DNA of 64,000 nucleotides from an uncultured Candidatus Saccharibacteria bacterium (GCA_965231155.1 OZ246418.1:498496-562495); one strand, 5' to 3'. Numbered from the stretch's first letter, positions 46,669-55,460 are shown. Made by a program: numbers and translations. The notes: a model not told the origin generated them from the letters alone.

Positions 46669-47982
46669 ATGCGTACACTGATCTCAGAAATTTCAGAAAG
46701 AGAGGGCCAGCGAGTGGAGATAAAAGGTTTTGTGCAGACCATTCGCGATCAAGGAAAGATCGTTTTTTTATTAGTGCGTGATCGCACTGGTTTGGTGCAG
46801 GTGGTTTCTGGGAAAGGTGAAGCGGAGGCCATGAAAATTGCCCAGTCACTGACGTTAGAGTCGGTGGTGGCGGTGAGGGGCTTAGCTAAAAAGGAAGCTC
46901 AGGCGCCGGGAGGGTATGAAGTAGTCGGTGAGGAGATCGAGATTCTTTCGTTGTCTCATCCAGAGTTGCCAATTCCTATTTTAGAGAAGGGAAATCAGGA
47001 AGAGGCTGACCAGCCTATTCGCCTCGACTGGCGTTGGCTCGATCTCCGCAAGCCACGCAACCTCCTCACTTTCCAGGCTTGGACGACTTTAGAGGAGGCG
47101 TTTCGGGATTACTGGGTGAAGAACGATTATATTGAGATTCATTCGCCGAAGTTGGTGGGTGCACCAAGTGAGTCTGGCGCCGAGGTTTTTGAAGTGAAAT
47201 ATTTTGATCGCAAAGCATATTTAGCTCAGTCGCCACAGTTTTATAAGCAGATGGCCATGGCCGGAGGTTTTGAAAAAGTATTTGAGGTCGGGCCAGTCTT
47301 TCGAGCGGAACCATCATTTACCTCTCGGCATGCCACCGAGTTTACTGGGTATGATGCCGAGTTTGCCTTCGTTGATTCTCATGGGGATGTAATGGCTGAA
47401 GAGGAGAAGGCGATTCAGCATGCCATCAAGGCAGTTGCTGAAAAGCACGGTGCCCAGATCGAAGCGGAGTTTGGGCGTAAAGTTATTGTGCCGACAGTGC
47501 CTTTCCCAAGAATTTCTATGAAGGAAGCCAAAAAGATTCTTGGAGAGATGGGTGTGTCAAGTGAAAAAGAAGGTGATCTCTCTCCAGAGGAGGAGCGAAA
47601 AATTTGTGAGTATGCTCTTAAGGAGTTGGGGCATGAATTTGTTTTTGTTACGGATTATCCGGTCAGTGTTCGACCGTTTTATCATATGCGCCACGAGGAT
47701 GATCCAACGCTCACGAAGAGCTTTGATCTTTTGTGGAATGGACTTGAGATTACGACCGGTGCTCAGCGTGAACACCGATATGACGTTTTGGTCAGTCAGG
47801 CGAAGGAGAAGGGAATGGATATCGCAAGTATCCAGTTCTATCTGAACTTCTTTAAATATGGTTGTCCGCCTCACGGTGGTTTTGGCATGGGGCCAAACCG
47901 GATGATTATGAAGTTGCTTGGCGTGGATAGTGTTCGTGAGGCGATGTTTTTGTATCGTGGGGTGAAGCGGTTGGAGCCGTAG
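46669..47982 (+). CDS. aspS: aspartate--tRNA ligase, archaeal/eukaryotic type (class IIb); AsnRS not excluded
   Basis: N-terminal OB fold (RVEIKGFVQTIRDQGKIVFLLVRD), motif 2 FEVGPVFRAEPSFTSRHATEF, motif 3 GGFGMGPNRMIM. At 437 aa it matches the short archaeal-type enzyme rather than the bacterial one of about 590 aa. Confidence 0.6.
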   Translation: MRTLISEISEREGQRVEIKGFVQTIRDQGKIVFLLVRDRTGLVQVVSGKGEAEAMKIAQSLTLESVVAVRGLAKKEAQAPGGYEVVGEEIEILSLSHPELPIPILEKGNQEEADQPIRLDWRWLDLRKPRNLLTFQAWTTLEEAFRDYWVKNDYIEIHSPKLVGAPSESGAEVFEVKYFDRKAYLAQSPQFYKQMAMAGGFEKVFEVGPVFRAEPSFTSRHATEFTGYDAEFAFVDSHGDVMAEEEKAIQHAIKAVAEKHGAQIEAEFGRKVIVPTVPFPRISMKEAKKILGEMGVSSEKEGDLSPEEERKICEYALKELGHEFVFVTDYPVSVRPFYHMRHEDDPTLTKSFDLLWNGLEITTGAQREHRYDVLVSQAKEKGMDIASIQFYLNFFKYGCPPHGGFGMGPNRMIMKLLGVDSVREAMFLYRGVKRLEP

Positions 47983-48066
47983 AGATTAGTTGACGCGGAC
48001 TAAGGCGATGACGTAGCATTGAGACTCAAGAGAATAGTTTTATTAAATTTAATTAAAAATCTACAC

Positions 48067-48678
48067 ATGGCAGATACACATCCAAAACAAGAAAGAACAT
48101 TTATTATCATTAAACCAGATGGCGTTCAGCGTTCATTGGTAGGGGAGATTATCGGTCGTTTTGAGCGCGTCGGTTTGAAACTTGTGGCAATGAAGACACA
48201 GGTGCCGTCAGCCGAAATGGTCCGCCAGCATTATCTTTTGGATCCAGAATGGATTAGGAAGGTGGGCGAGAAATCTATTGAGGGTTACAAAAAGAAAGGC
48301 TTGGTGCCACCATCGGAAGATCCAATTCAGTTGGGCGAGAAGGTTATTGAGGTTTTAGCGAAATATCTGACCAGCGGTCCAGGTGTATTTATGGTGTGGC
48401 AGGGAGCGCATGCTGTTGGTGTGGTCAGAAAATTAGTCGGTGGTACGGAGCCATTATCTTCGGATGTAGGGACTATTCGTGGGGATTTTGTGTTGGATTC
48501 ATACCAGATGGCTGATCGAGATGGTCGGGCAATTCGTAATTTGATCCATGCATCCGGCAGTGTTGAAGAAGCAGAGAATGAAATTCCTCACTGGTTCAAG
48601 AGCGAAGAACTGATTGATTACAATCTTGTGGGTGAGAAGATTCTGTATGATGTTAATTTGGACGGCATCATCGAATAG
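48067..48678 (+). CDS. ndk: nucleoside diphosphate kinase with a roughly 50-aa insertion
   Basis: ORF track gives 48019. The ATG at 48067 gives MADTHPKQERTFIIIKPDGVQR. Active-site NLIHASGSVEEAENEI is present. About 50 extra residues lie between the N-terminal core and GPGVFMVWQG, relative to the typical 140-aa Ndk. Confidence 0.75.
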   Translation: MADTHPKQERTFIIIKPDGVQRSLVGEIIGRFERVGLKLVAMKTQVPSAEMVRQHYLLDPEWIRKVGEKSIEGYKKKGLVPPSEDPIQLGEKVIEVLAKYLTSGPGVFMVWQGAHAVGVVRKLVGGTEPLSSDVGTIRGDFVLDSYQMADRDGRAIRNLIHASGSVEEAENEIPHWFKSEELIDYNLVGEKILYDVNLDGIIE

Positions 48679-48718
48679 CTCATTTTTGCGTGTTGGTGGT
48701 GTGGTACAATAGAAAGCG

Positions 48719-49852
48719 GTGATTTCTATAAATCCTTTTGATCGGCGAGAAAAGTTTTTCGTTCTTTTAATTGCGCCCGAGAGGATCAGCGCTATCTTAT
48801 TCGCGGTAACAAGGGATCGTTCCATTAGTTGTGAGAAGTTTTGGCCGGAGTTTACGATCCAACAGAGTCATCGGTGGTGGCCGAAAACTTTTCCTTACTG
48901 GAATGTGATTGTGGCTGTCTCACCTCATCTTGCGTATACCGCCGATATTCCGTTGCATCTACAGCGAGAAGGGTCGTCACACGGACCATTGTCATTTTCT
49001 CAGTTAGATAATTTGCTCGGTCGGGCCATGAACCAGGAGTTCATGGCTTATCGGAAGGTGGCGGGTAAGGCGTTACAGGTATCTGATCTTGATATTGTGC
49101 TTGCTGATAGCCGGATTGCTGACTTTCGAATGGATGGTCATAAAGTACATAGTCCGATGGGATCTCGAGCTAAGACTATTGAGGCGCTTATCTCTATGAC
49201 CTTTGTGCGTCGAGATGTGTATGAGTCGTTAAGGGCCTTGTCCCGAAGATCCCGTTTTTTCTTTACAAGTCTTGATCGAGCTCAGCTGATTGCGCTTGGA
49301 AAGGTGTATGAACCGCCGTTTTCTCTGGCGCTCTTAGAATCGCCACGTTCTTCCATTTTCCGTATGAGTGGAACTGCTACCGGGAATCAGATTGATCGTC
49401 ATGAGATCGCCTGGTCGGCTAAGGAGTTTCTGCAGGTTTTTATGGATACTTGGGGAGTGAACGAGGAGATTGCTCGGGATCTTTATCATTTGTACCAAAA
49501 AAAGGAACTACCCGAAGTTATCCAGCAATCTATTACTAAAGAATTTACACGTATTACTGATCGACTAGAAAAGCTTCTCGGAGCGCACTCTCATAAATCA
49601 AAAATTTTAATGACGAGTCAGGAAGAGGTACTGCCAACTTCTTCACACTTGGCGCTGGAGCGAGTTTCCCTTGCTTCTATTCTAGAAAAAATGGGATTCA
49701 CCACCGAGGAGATGATCTGGCCAGTAAAAGAGTATGAACAATTTTCTTACTGCGCACCACTTCTTGAGTTTTTTTCGGATCAGGGCAGTCAGGAGGTGAA
49801 TCGTTGGTTGCGTCGACGACTTCACTGGTTGGGTTCAATGAACTATACTTAA
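48719..49852 (+). CDS. hypothetical cytoplasmic protein (377 aa)
   Basis: No motifs recognised. Weak, unverified resemblance of FFVLLIAPERISAILFAV...DLDIVLAD to actin-like ATPase (FtsA/PilM) strand motifs. Confidence 0.4.
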   Translation: MISINPFDRREKFFVLLIAPERISAILFAVTRDRSISCEKFWPEFTIQQSHRWWPKTFPYWNVIVAVSPHLAYTADIPLHLQREGSSHGPLSFSQLDNLLGRAMNQEFMAYRKVAGKALQVSDLDIVLADSRIADFRMDGHKVHSPMGSRAKTIEALISMTFVRRDVYESLRALSRRSRFFFTSLDRAQLIALGKVYEPPFSLALLESPRSSIFRMSGTATGNQIDRHEIAWSAKEFLQVFMDTWGVNEEIARDLYHLYQKKELPEVIQQSITKEFTRITDRLEKLLGAHSHKSKILMTSQEEVLPTSSHLALERVSLASILEKMGFTTEEMIWPVKEYEQFSYCAPLLEFFSDQGSQEVNRWLRRRLHWLGSMNYT

Positions 49853-49857
49853 TAGGT

Positions 49858-51501
49858 ATGTTAAAAATATTTGTTGATAAAAAAGATACAGTCTCTGTTC
49901 TGGCTGGAAAGATTGCACGAGCTTCTGGTGATAAAGTGACGTTGGTGATTCCTCGTGGTTCAAAATTGGGGGAGGCAAATCACTTATCGCTTCTCAAGAA
50001 GCATGCTGATGAGGCCGAAAAGACGTTAGTTATTGAATCAATCGACGAGCATATTTTAGAACTTGCGGAGAGACACGAGATGGAACGGGTTCATCCGCTT
50101 TTTGAGGGTAGCAGCGAAAAACGGCAGACTTTTTCTGATATTCGTTCACATAAAACCCAGAAAATTACCGAAAAGTCCATGGAGGTAGAGAAAGAGGATG
50201 ACGAGGTGGAGGAGGAAGATGTTGATGAAGAGGTTGAGGAGGTGGAGGAGGAGAGGCCAAGGCGTTTCGCCCGTTTTCGTCGTCGACCAAGACAGGAACA
50301 AGAGGCGTATGTCTATGCCGAAGATGAAGATTCTGTTGATGAGGACGAAGAAGCGCCCTCGCATAGGACGAGATATGTCGTGGGGGGAGTGGTGGTTTTC
50401 TTCGTTGTCGTCGGTTTGGTGCTCTGGGGAGTTGGTAGTGCATTCGGCCGTGTTGATGTTGCTGTGACTCTCAAGAAGACACCGTGGCAGTCAACTACCA
50501 CTGTGTCTGCCGATAAATCTCTCAGTTCGTTACGGACTGGAGGTACGACGGTACCTGCGATGCTTTTTACAGAAAAGAAGAATACCGCACAGATTTTTAA
50601 AGCCTCAGGAAGGAAGCAGACCAGCCAGAAAGCGACAGCGAAGGTCACTATTTACAATGGATATGATTCTTCGCCCCAGACCCTGGTGGCGACTACTCGT
50701 CTAGCCACTCCCGATGGCAAGATTTTCCGTCTTGATAGTCGAGTGGTTGTTCCTGGTGCAAAGTTGGCCAATGGGAAGATTACTCCAGCAGGAATCGAGG
50801 CGACTGTCACTGCTGATCAGCCCGGCAAAGAGTACAATATTGGTCCATTCGAGAAGATGACTATCCTTGGTTTCAAGGGAACTCCTAAATATGACGGTTT
50901 TTATGCAACGATGAAGGAGAAAGCGACTGGTGGTTTGATTGGTGAGGCACCATTCCCCACAGACGAAGATATTGCTAAAGCCGAAGAGAAAACCAAGGAG
51001 ACATTGCGATCAGCTCTGGATATTAATATCCGTCGACGTATCCCCGAAGAGTTCAAGATTCTTAAAGATGCTTCGTCATTACAGATATTGAAGATGACTG
51101 TGAATAAAATAACAGATGATCAGGGAAATTTTGGAGTACTTGGCGAGGGGCAGTTATCAGTTATTGCCTTCAAGGAGGCTGATGTTCAGACTGTTCTTGA
51201 GGGGATTATGAAGGGAGAACAACCGGAACTTACATTCCGTAGTCTAACTCTTGCGTATGATGGTACTCGGACGGATTTTGCGAATGGGAAGATGAGTTTT
51301 ACAGTGAAAGCTGATGCGGTGCTGACGAGCCCCTTTAATTCTGATACGGTGAAAGGACAGATAGCCGGTAAGGGAGTTGATGATGCTCGGGCGTATCTTG
51401 GTCGTCTGACTGGCCTGGAATCGGCAAAAATTGGCATCTGGCCACCCTGGCTTTGGTCCCTTCCCCAGAATATGAGTCGGATTACTATCGTTGTGCAGTA
51501 G
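49858..51501 (+). CDS. hypothetical bitopic membrane protein with poly-acidic segment (about 548 aa)
   Basis: ORF track gives 49804. The ATG at 49858 follows the upstream stop. Cytoplasmic N-domain, an E/D-rich low-complexity stretch (EVEKEDDEVEEEDVDEEVEEVEEE), one TM helix (VVGGVVVFFVVVGLVLWGV), and a large extracytoplasmic C-domain. Confidence 0.4.
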   Translation: MLKIFVDKKDTVSVLAGKIARASGDKVTLVIPRGSKLGEANHLSLLKKHADEAEKTLVIESIDEHILELAERHEMERVHPLFEGSSEKRQTFSDIRSHKTQKITEKSMEVEKEDDEVEEEDVDEEVEEVEEERPRRFARFRRRPRQEQEAYVYAEDEDSVDEDEEAPSHRTRYVVGGVVVFFVVVGLVLWGVGSAFGRVDVAVTLKKTPWQSTTTVSADKSLSSLRTGGTTVPAMLFTEKKNTAQIFKASGRKQTSQKATAKVTIYNGYDSSPQTLVATTRLATPDGKIFRLDSRVVVPGAKLANGKITPAGIEATVTADQPGKEYNIGPFEKMTILGFKGTPKYDGFYATMKEKATGGLIGEAPFPTDEDIAKAEEKTKETLRSALDINIRRRIPEEFKILKDASSLQILKMTVNKITDDQGNFGVLGEGQLSVIAFKEADVQTVLEGIMKGEQPELTFRSLTLAYDGTRTDFANGKMSFTVKADAVLTSPFNSDTVKGQIAGKGVDDARAYLGRLTGLESAKIGIWPPWLWSLPQNMSRITIVVQ

Positions 51502-51563
51502 GAGGATGGGGGAGAGTTGACAGTCAGGGGATGATGCGGTTATAATCTCTGGACTGTTTACAG

Positions 51564-51785
51564 ATGGTTTCTAATTCACAAGAGGCTCGTCCCGAGAGAG
51601 GAAAGGTGGAGGAGGCCCTACCAGGGCTTTCTTTCCGAGTTAGACTTTTTGATCACGATCGAGAGGTCATTGCTTATCTTGCGGGAAAATTAAAACTGCA
51701 CCACATTAAAGTGTTGCCAGGTGACGAGGTACTTATGGAAATGTCTCCGGACGGCCATCGAGGCAGAATTGTAAGAAGGCTTTAA
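51564..51785 (+). CDS. infA: translation initiation factor IF-1
   Basis: S1-like OB fold. GKVEEALPGLSFRVRLFDHDREVIAYLAGKLKLHHIKVLPGDEVLMEMSPDGHRGRIVRRL aligns to IF-1. Confidence 0.85.
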   Translation: MVSNSQEARPERGKVEEALPGLSFRVRLFDHDREVIAYLAGKLKLHHIKVLPGDEVLMEMSPDGHRGRIVRRL

Positions 51786-51791
51786 AAAATC

Positions 51792-51905
51792 ATGCAAGTA
51801 CGTTCTTCCATTAAGAAGCGATGTTTGAATTGTAAAATTGTCCGTCGAACGGGACGCTTGTATGTCGTCTGTAAAAATCCTAAACATAAACAGCGTCAAG
51901 GTTAA
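51792..51905 (+). CDS. rpmJ: 50S ribosomal protein L36
   Basis: Absent from the ORF track (37 aa). Translated by eye: [37 protein letters not shown], a C3H zinc-ribbon L36. Confidence 0.85.
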   Translation: MQVRSSIKKRCLNCKIVRRTGRLYVVCKNPKHKQRQG

Positions 51906-51911
51906 ACTATC

Positions 51912-52295
51912 ATGCGTATTCTCGGTATCACCATTCCAGACGAAAAACATGTAAACGTGGCCCTCACGTATATTTATGGCGTTGGTCCAGTTGTCAGTGC
52001 TCGAATACTGAAAGAGACAGGAATTAAGGCTACTAAAAAAGCCAAGGAGTTGACTGCCGAGGAAACCAACAAGATTCTGAACTTTATCGAGAAGAATATC
52101 CCCGTAGAAGGTAACTTGCGTCAGCAGGTTCGTCGCAACATTCAAAACTTGAAGGAGTTGGGATCATACCGTGGAACTCGACATGCACGCCGACTGCCAG
52201 TACACGGCCAGCGAACCAAGACAAATTCTCGAACTGTTCGTGGTAATGTCCGTAAAACAGCTGGTAGCGGTAAGAGAAAAGTTGATCTTAAATAA
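51912..52295 (+). CDS. rpsM: 30S ribosomal protein S13
   Basis: MRILGITIPDEKHVNVALTYIYGVGPVVSARIL...GSYRGTRHARRLPVHGQRTKTNSRT matches S13. Confidence 0.9.
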   Translation: MRILGITIPDEKHVNVALTYIYGVGPVVSARILKETGIKATKKAKELTAEETNKILNFIEKNIPVEGNLRQQVRRNIQNLKELGSYRGTRHARRLPVHGQRTKTNSRTVRGNVRKTAGSGKRKVDLK

Positions 52296-52300
52296 AAACC

Positions 52301-52744
52301 ATGGGAAAGAAAAAAGTCATTCAAAAATCAGGCGACGAGACTTCGGGAAAGTCCAGTGCTTCTCGTGGTGGTACTTCGGGCAAGGGCAAGGCTCGCAAGG
52401 TTCAGCAGGGGCGAGTATATGTGAACGCTTCTTATAACAACACGATGATCACCGTGACTGATTCTAAGGGTGAGGTTTTAACGTGGGCTTCAGCTGGCTC
52501 TCTCGGTTTTTCTGGTCCTAAGAAGGCCACTCCATTTGCTTCTTCGAAGATTGTGGCGGCTATTGCCGAACGACTTAAGAACTCTGGTCCAGTGGATGTT
52601 GATGTCATTGTGAAGGGGATTGGGAGTGGTCGCGATTCGGCAGTTCGTTCACTTCCAAACCATGGGTTTAATATCCTTTCAATTAAAGAAGCTACTCCGG
52701 TTCCTCATAATGGCCCTCGACCGCCAAAAGTACGTCGCGTATAA
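52301..52744 (+). CDS. rpsK: 30S ribosomal protein S11
   Basis: GRVYVNASYNNTMITVTDSKGEVLTWASAGSLGFSGPKKATPFAS...VKGIGSGRDSAVRSL matches S11. Confidence 0.9.
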   Translation: MGKKKVIQKSGDETSGKSSASRGGTSGKGKARKVQQGRVYVNASYNNTMITVTDSKGEVLTWASAGSLGFSGPKKATPFASSKIVAAIAERLKNSGPVDVDVIVKGIGSGRDSAVRSLPNHGFNILSIKEATPVPHNGPRPPKVRRV

Positions 52745-52750
52745 CGAACT

Positions 52751-53374
52751 ATGATTAAGCATACAGAAAAAAGAGAACGATCGTTGGGCGAGTGTCTTCA
52801 TCTGAAGGCAGAGCGTTGTTCTTCGCCAAAGTGTGCAGCTTTGCGCCGTCCATATCCACCAGGCGTTCATGGACCAAATCCATCACGACCAAGGAAGCTT
52901 TCTGATTTTGCGCGACAGAGCCGTGAAAAGCAGAAGTTTAAAGTGAGTTATGGACTTTCCGATAAGAGTCTTCGTCGTCTATTTGCGATTGCTCACCAGG
53001 ATAAAGCACCTACTGCTCAGAAACTTTTGGAACTTTTAGAGCGTCGTTTGGACAACGTAGTATTCCGGATGGGTTTTGCAGAATCTCGTGCGTCAGCGCG
53101 ACAGGTGGTTAGTCATGGACATATTGCGGTGAATGGAAAAAATACAAGGACGCCGAGCGTTCTGGTCGAAAAAGGAGATGTTATCAGTTTCAAAGAGGGA
53201 TCAAAGGCAGGGGTAAGGCTTACTAAGGACGGCAGAGAGGCCCTGGCCAAGAAAGAGATCCCGTCCTGGCTGTCTTTGAATCCGGATAAGCTTACGGGCC
53301 AGGTAATCTCTCTGCCAGCAGATCTTGAACAACAGTTTGATGTCAGCTTGCTGGTTCAGTCATTTACAAAATAG
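52751..53374 (+). CDS. rpsD: 30S ribosomal protein S4 (with N-terminal Cys cluster)
   Basis: CLHLKAERCSSPKC zinc-type N-terminus. S4 domain LERRLDNVVFRMGFAESRASARQVVSHGHIAVNGK is present. Confidence 0.9.
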   Translation: MIKHTEKRERSLGECLHLKAERCSSPKCAALRRPYPPGVHGPNPSRPRKLSDFARQSREKQKFKVSYGLSDKSLRRLFAIAHQDKAPTAQKLLELLERRLDNVVFRMGFAESRASARQVVSHGHIAVNGKNTRTPSVLVEKGDVISFKEGSKAGVRLTKDGREALAKKEIPSWLSLNPDKLTGQVISLPADLEQQFDVSLLVQSFTK

Positions 53375-53396
53375 GTCCTAATACTTATCTACAACT

Positions 53397-54164
53397 ATGA
53401 AGATCACTCACTTAAGCGAAGCAGTTTCTATCAAAACCATTTCCGAAGAGGCGCGCATGGGCGTGTTCGAGGTGGAAGGGTTGTATGCAGGGTACGGTTT
53501 AACTGTTGGAAACGCGTTGCGTCGAGCACTTCTCTCATCTTTGCCAGGTGCAGCCATTACTCAGTTTAAAATAAAGGGTGTTTCTCATGAGTTTTCCACC
53601 TTGCCGGGAGTGAAAGAGGATGTTGTTGAGTTGAGTCTGAATCTGAAGCAACTTCGTTTTCGAGTGCATACTGATGAGCCACAAGTTTTACTTCTGAAAT
53701 CAAAGGGAGAAGGAGTTGTAACGGCTGCTGATCTCGAGGTGAACTCTGAGGTCGAAGTCCTTACTCCAGGTACGACCATTGCCACGTTGACTGGAAAATC
53801 AAGTGCCTTGGAGATGGAGGTGACCGTTGAGCGTGGTTTGGGTTATTCAGCAGTTGAGTCTCGAAAGAGGGAGAAGCTGGGAATTGGCGTGATTGCTTTG
53901 GATGCGTTCTTCTCGCCAGTAATTAAGGTGAACTATGTGATTCAGGATATGCGTGTTGGCGAGAGAACTGATTACAACAAACTCCACTTAGAAATCGAGA
54001 CTGATGGCACAATTAGTCCATCGACTGCCTTGCATAAGTCTGCGAATGTACTTCGCGATCATTTCGAGAAGGTAGCGTTGGTTTCAGAGCAGGCATTTGA
54101 GACGGCAGAAGCGGCCAAGCCATTAACCGAAGAGAAAAAGAAGGCGGCAAAATCAAAGAAATAA
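53397..54164 (+). CDS. rpoA: DNA-directed RNA polymerase subunit alpha, N-terminal domain only (no alpha-CTD)
   Basis: 255 aa. Alpha-NTD blocks EVEGLYAGYGLTVGNALRRALLSSLPGAAIT...LPGVKEDVVELSLNLK are present. The protein ends in a short Lys-rich tail (EEKKKAAKSKK) where the roughly 80-aa CTD would be, and rplQ follows immediately. Confidence 0.85.
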   Translation: MKITHLSEAVSIKTISEEARMGVFEVEGLYAGYGLTVGNALRRALLSSLPGAAITQFKIKGVSHEFSTLPGVKEDVVELSLNLKQLRFRVHTDEPQVLLLKSKGEGVVTAADLEVNSEVEVLTPGTTIATLTGKSSALEMEVTVERGLGYSAVESRKREKLGIGVIALDAFFSPVIKVNYVIQDMRVGERTDYNKLHLEIETDGTISPSTALHKSANVLRDHFEKVALVSEQAFETAEAAKPLTEEKKKAAKSKK

Positions 54165-54170
54165 AAAAGC

Positions 54171-54524
54171 ATGCAGCACGGCAAGAAAGGACGAAAATTT
54201 CATAGAGAAGCCTCGGCTCGAGTTCCTTTTGTAAGGAATTTGGTTAACAACCTCATTCGTTACGAGAAGATCGAGACTACGGTGGCTCGTGCTAAAGAAA
54301 TCAAACCAAAAGTAGAGAAGTTGGTGACTTTGGGCAAGAAACAGACTTTGGCGGCTCGTCGGCTTTTGATTCAGCGTTTACATAATGAACGAATGGCGGG
54401 TAAGGTTATTGATGATCTTGCGAAGCGATATGCCGAGAGAAAGGGAGGTTATCTGAGAATCAAGAAGTCTTCGAAGACTCGTCGTCGTGACGGTTCGATT
54501 CTTGTGGTAATCGAGTTTGTATGA
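54171..54524 (+). CDS. rplQ: 50S ribosomal protein L17
   Basis: HGKKGRKFHREASARVPFVRNLVNNLIRYEKIETTVARAKEIKP matches L17. Confidence 0.9.
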   Translation: MQHGKKGRKFHREASARVPFVRNLVNNLIRYEKIETTVARAKEIKPKVEKLVTLGKKQTLAARRLLIQRLHNERMAGKVIDDLAKRYAERKGGYLRIKKSSKTRRRDGSILVVIEFV

Positions 54525-54907
54525 TAAAACCTTTGAACACTGCTATGGAACATCACATTGATGCCGCAAACAAAAGATTGGGTCGTCTCGCTTCTGAGAT
54601 TGCCGTTATTTTGCAAGGGAAGAAGAGCGCGGACTATGCACCGAACGTGATTTCTAAAGACCGTGTTATTTTAAAGAACTGGGATAAAGTTACTCTGAGC
54701 GGAAACAAGTTTCGGGATAAGATCTACTATCGTCACACTGGATATATGGGGCATTTGAAGAGTCTGACTTTCGAGGAGGCGTATACTCGAGATCCTCAGA
54801 AGGTGATTCGAGAGACGGTGCGTCGTATGCTTCCAAAGAACTTTATCAATCATCGTCGATTGACCAACTTGGTATTTGTGGGTGGTAAAGAGAAAACTAA
54901 AGAATAA
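54521..54907 (+). CDS. rplM: 50S ribosomal protein L13
   Basis: DAANKRLGRLASEIAVILQGK...YYRHTGYMGHLKS...VRRMLPKN matches L13. 4-nt overlap with rplQ. Confidence 0.9.
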   Translation: MIKPLNTAMEHHIDAANKRLGRLASEIAVILQGKKSADYAPNVISKDRVILKNWDKVTLSGNKFRDKIYYRHTGYMGHLKSLTFEEAYTRDPQKVIRETVRRMLPKNFINHRRLTNLVFVGGKEKTKE

Positions 54908-54915
54908 CTATCATT

Positions 54916-55347
54916 ATGGAAGCTGTAGCAAAAACAAAGAAGACGGTAAAGATTTCTCCAAACCATTACGTGGAAGGAGTTGGTCGTCGAAAAACTGCGA
55001 TTGCGCGAGTTCGATTAACCGAGGGTGGCTCTAAGTTTTTAGTGAATGAAAAGAAGCTCACCGATTACTTTCCTTTGAAAAAATTGCAGGAAATTGCCGG
55101 AGCTTCTCTGAAGGAGTTGCAGCTTACCGCAAAGTATGGAATTGACGCCCGAGTTTCTGGAGGAGGAATTGCTGCTCAGGCCGAAGCTATCCGTCATGGT
55201 GCTGCTCGTGCACTTGTGATCGCTGATGAAACGTTGAAGCCACGACTTCGCGCCTTAGGATTTATGACTCGTGATTCTCGTATGGTGGAACGTAAGAAGT
55301 ATGGTTTGAAGAAGGCTCGTCGATCTCCACAGTGGGCAAAAAGATAA
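54916..55347 (+). CDS. rpsI: 30S ribosomal protein S9
   Basis: GVGRRKTAIARVRL...SGGGIAAQAEAIRHGAARAL...DSRMVERKKYGLKKARRSPQWAKR matches S9. Confidence 0.9.
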   Translation: MEAVAKTKKTVKISPNHYVEGVGRRKTAIARVRLTEGGSKFLVNEKKLTDYFPLKKLQEIAGASLKELQLTAKYGIDARVSGGGIAAQAEAIRHGAARALVIADETLKPRLRALGFMTRDSRMVERKKYGLKKARRSPQWAKR

Positions 55348-55425
55348 TTCGCTTTGGATTTTTCTCCTAGCCAAAAGGCCTAAGTCGAAAAATCTCAAAG
55401 CTCATTATGGTGTAACTTAATGTAG

Positions 55426-55454
55426 AAAACCGCCTTCCGGCGGTTTTCTTTTTG
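55426..55454 (+). terminator. rho-independent terminator after rpsI
   Basis: aaaaccgcc-ttcc-ggcggtttt hairpin followed by ctttttgg. Confidence 0.7.
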
Positions 55455-55460
55455 GTTTTG

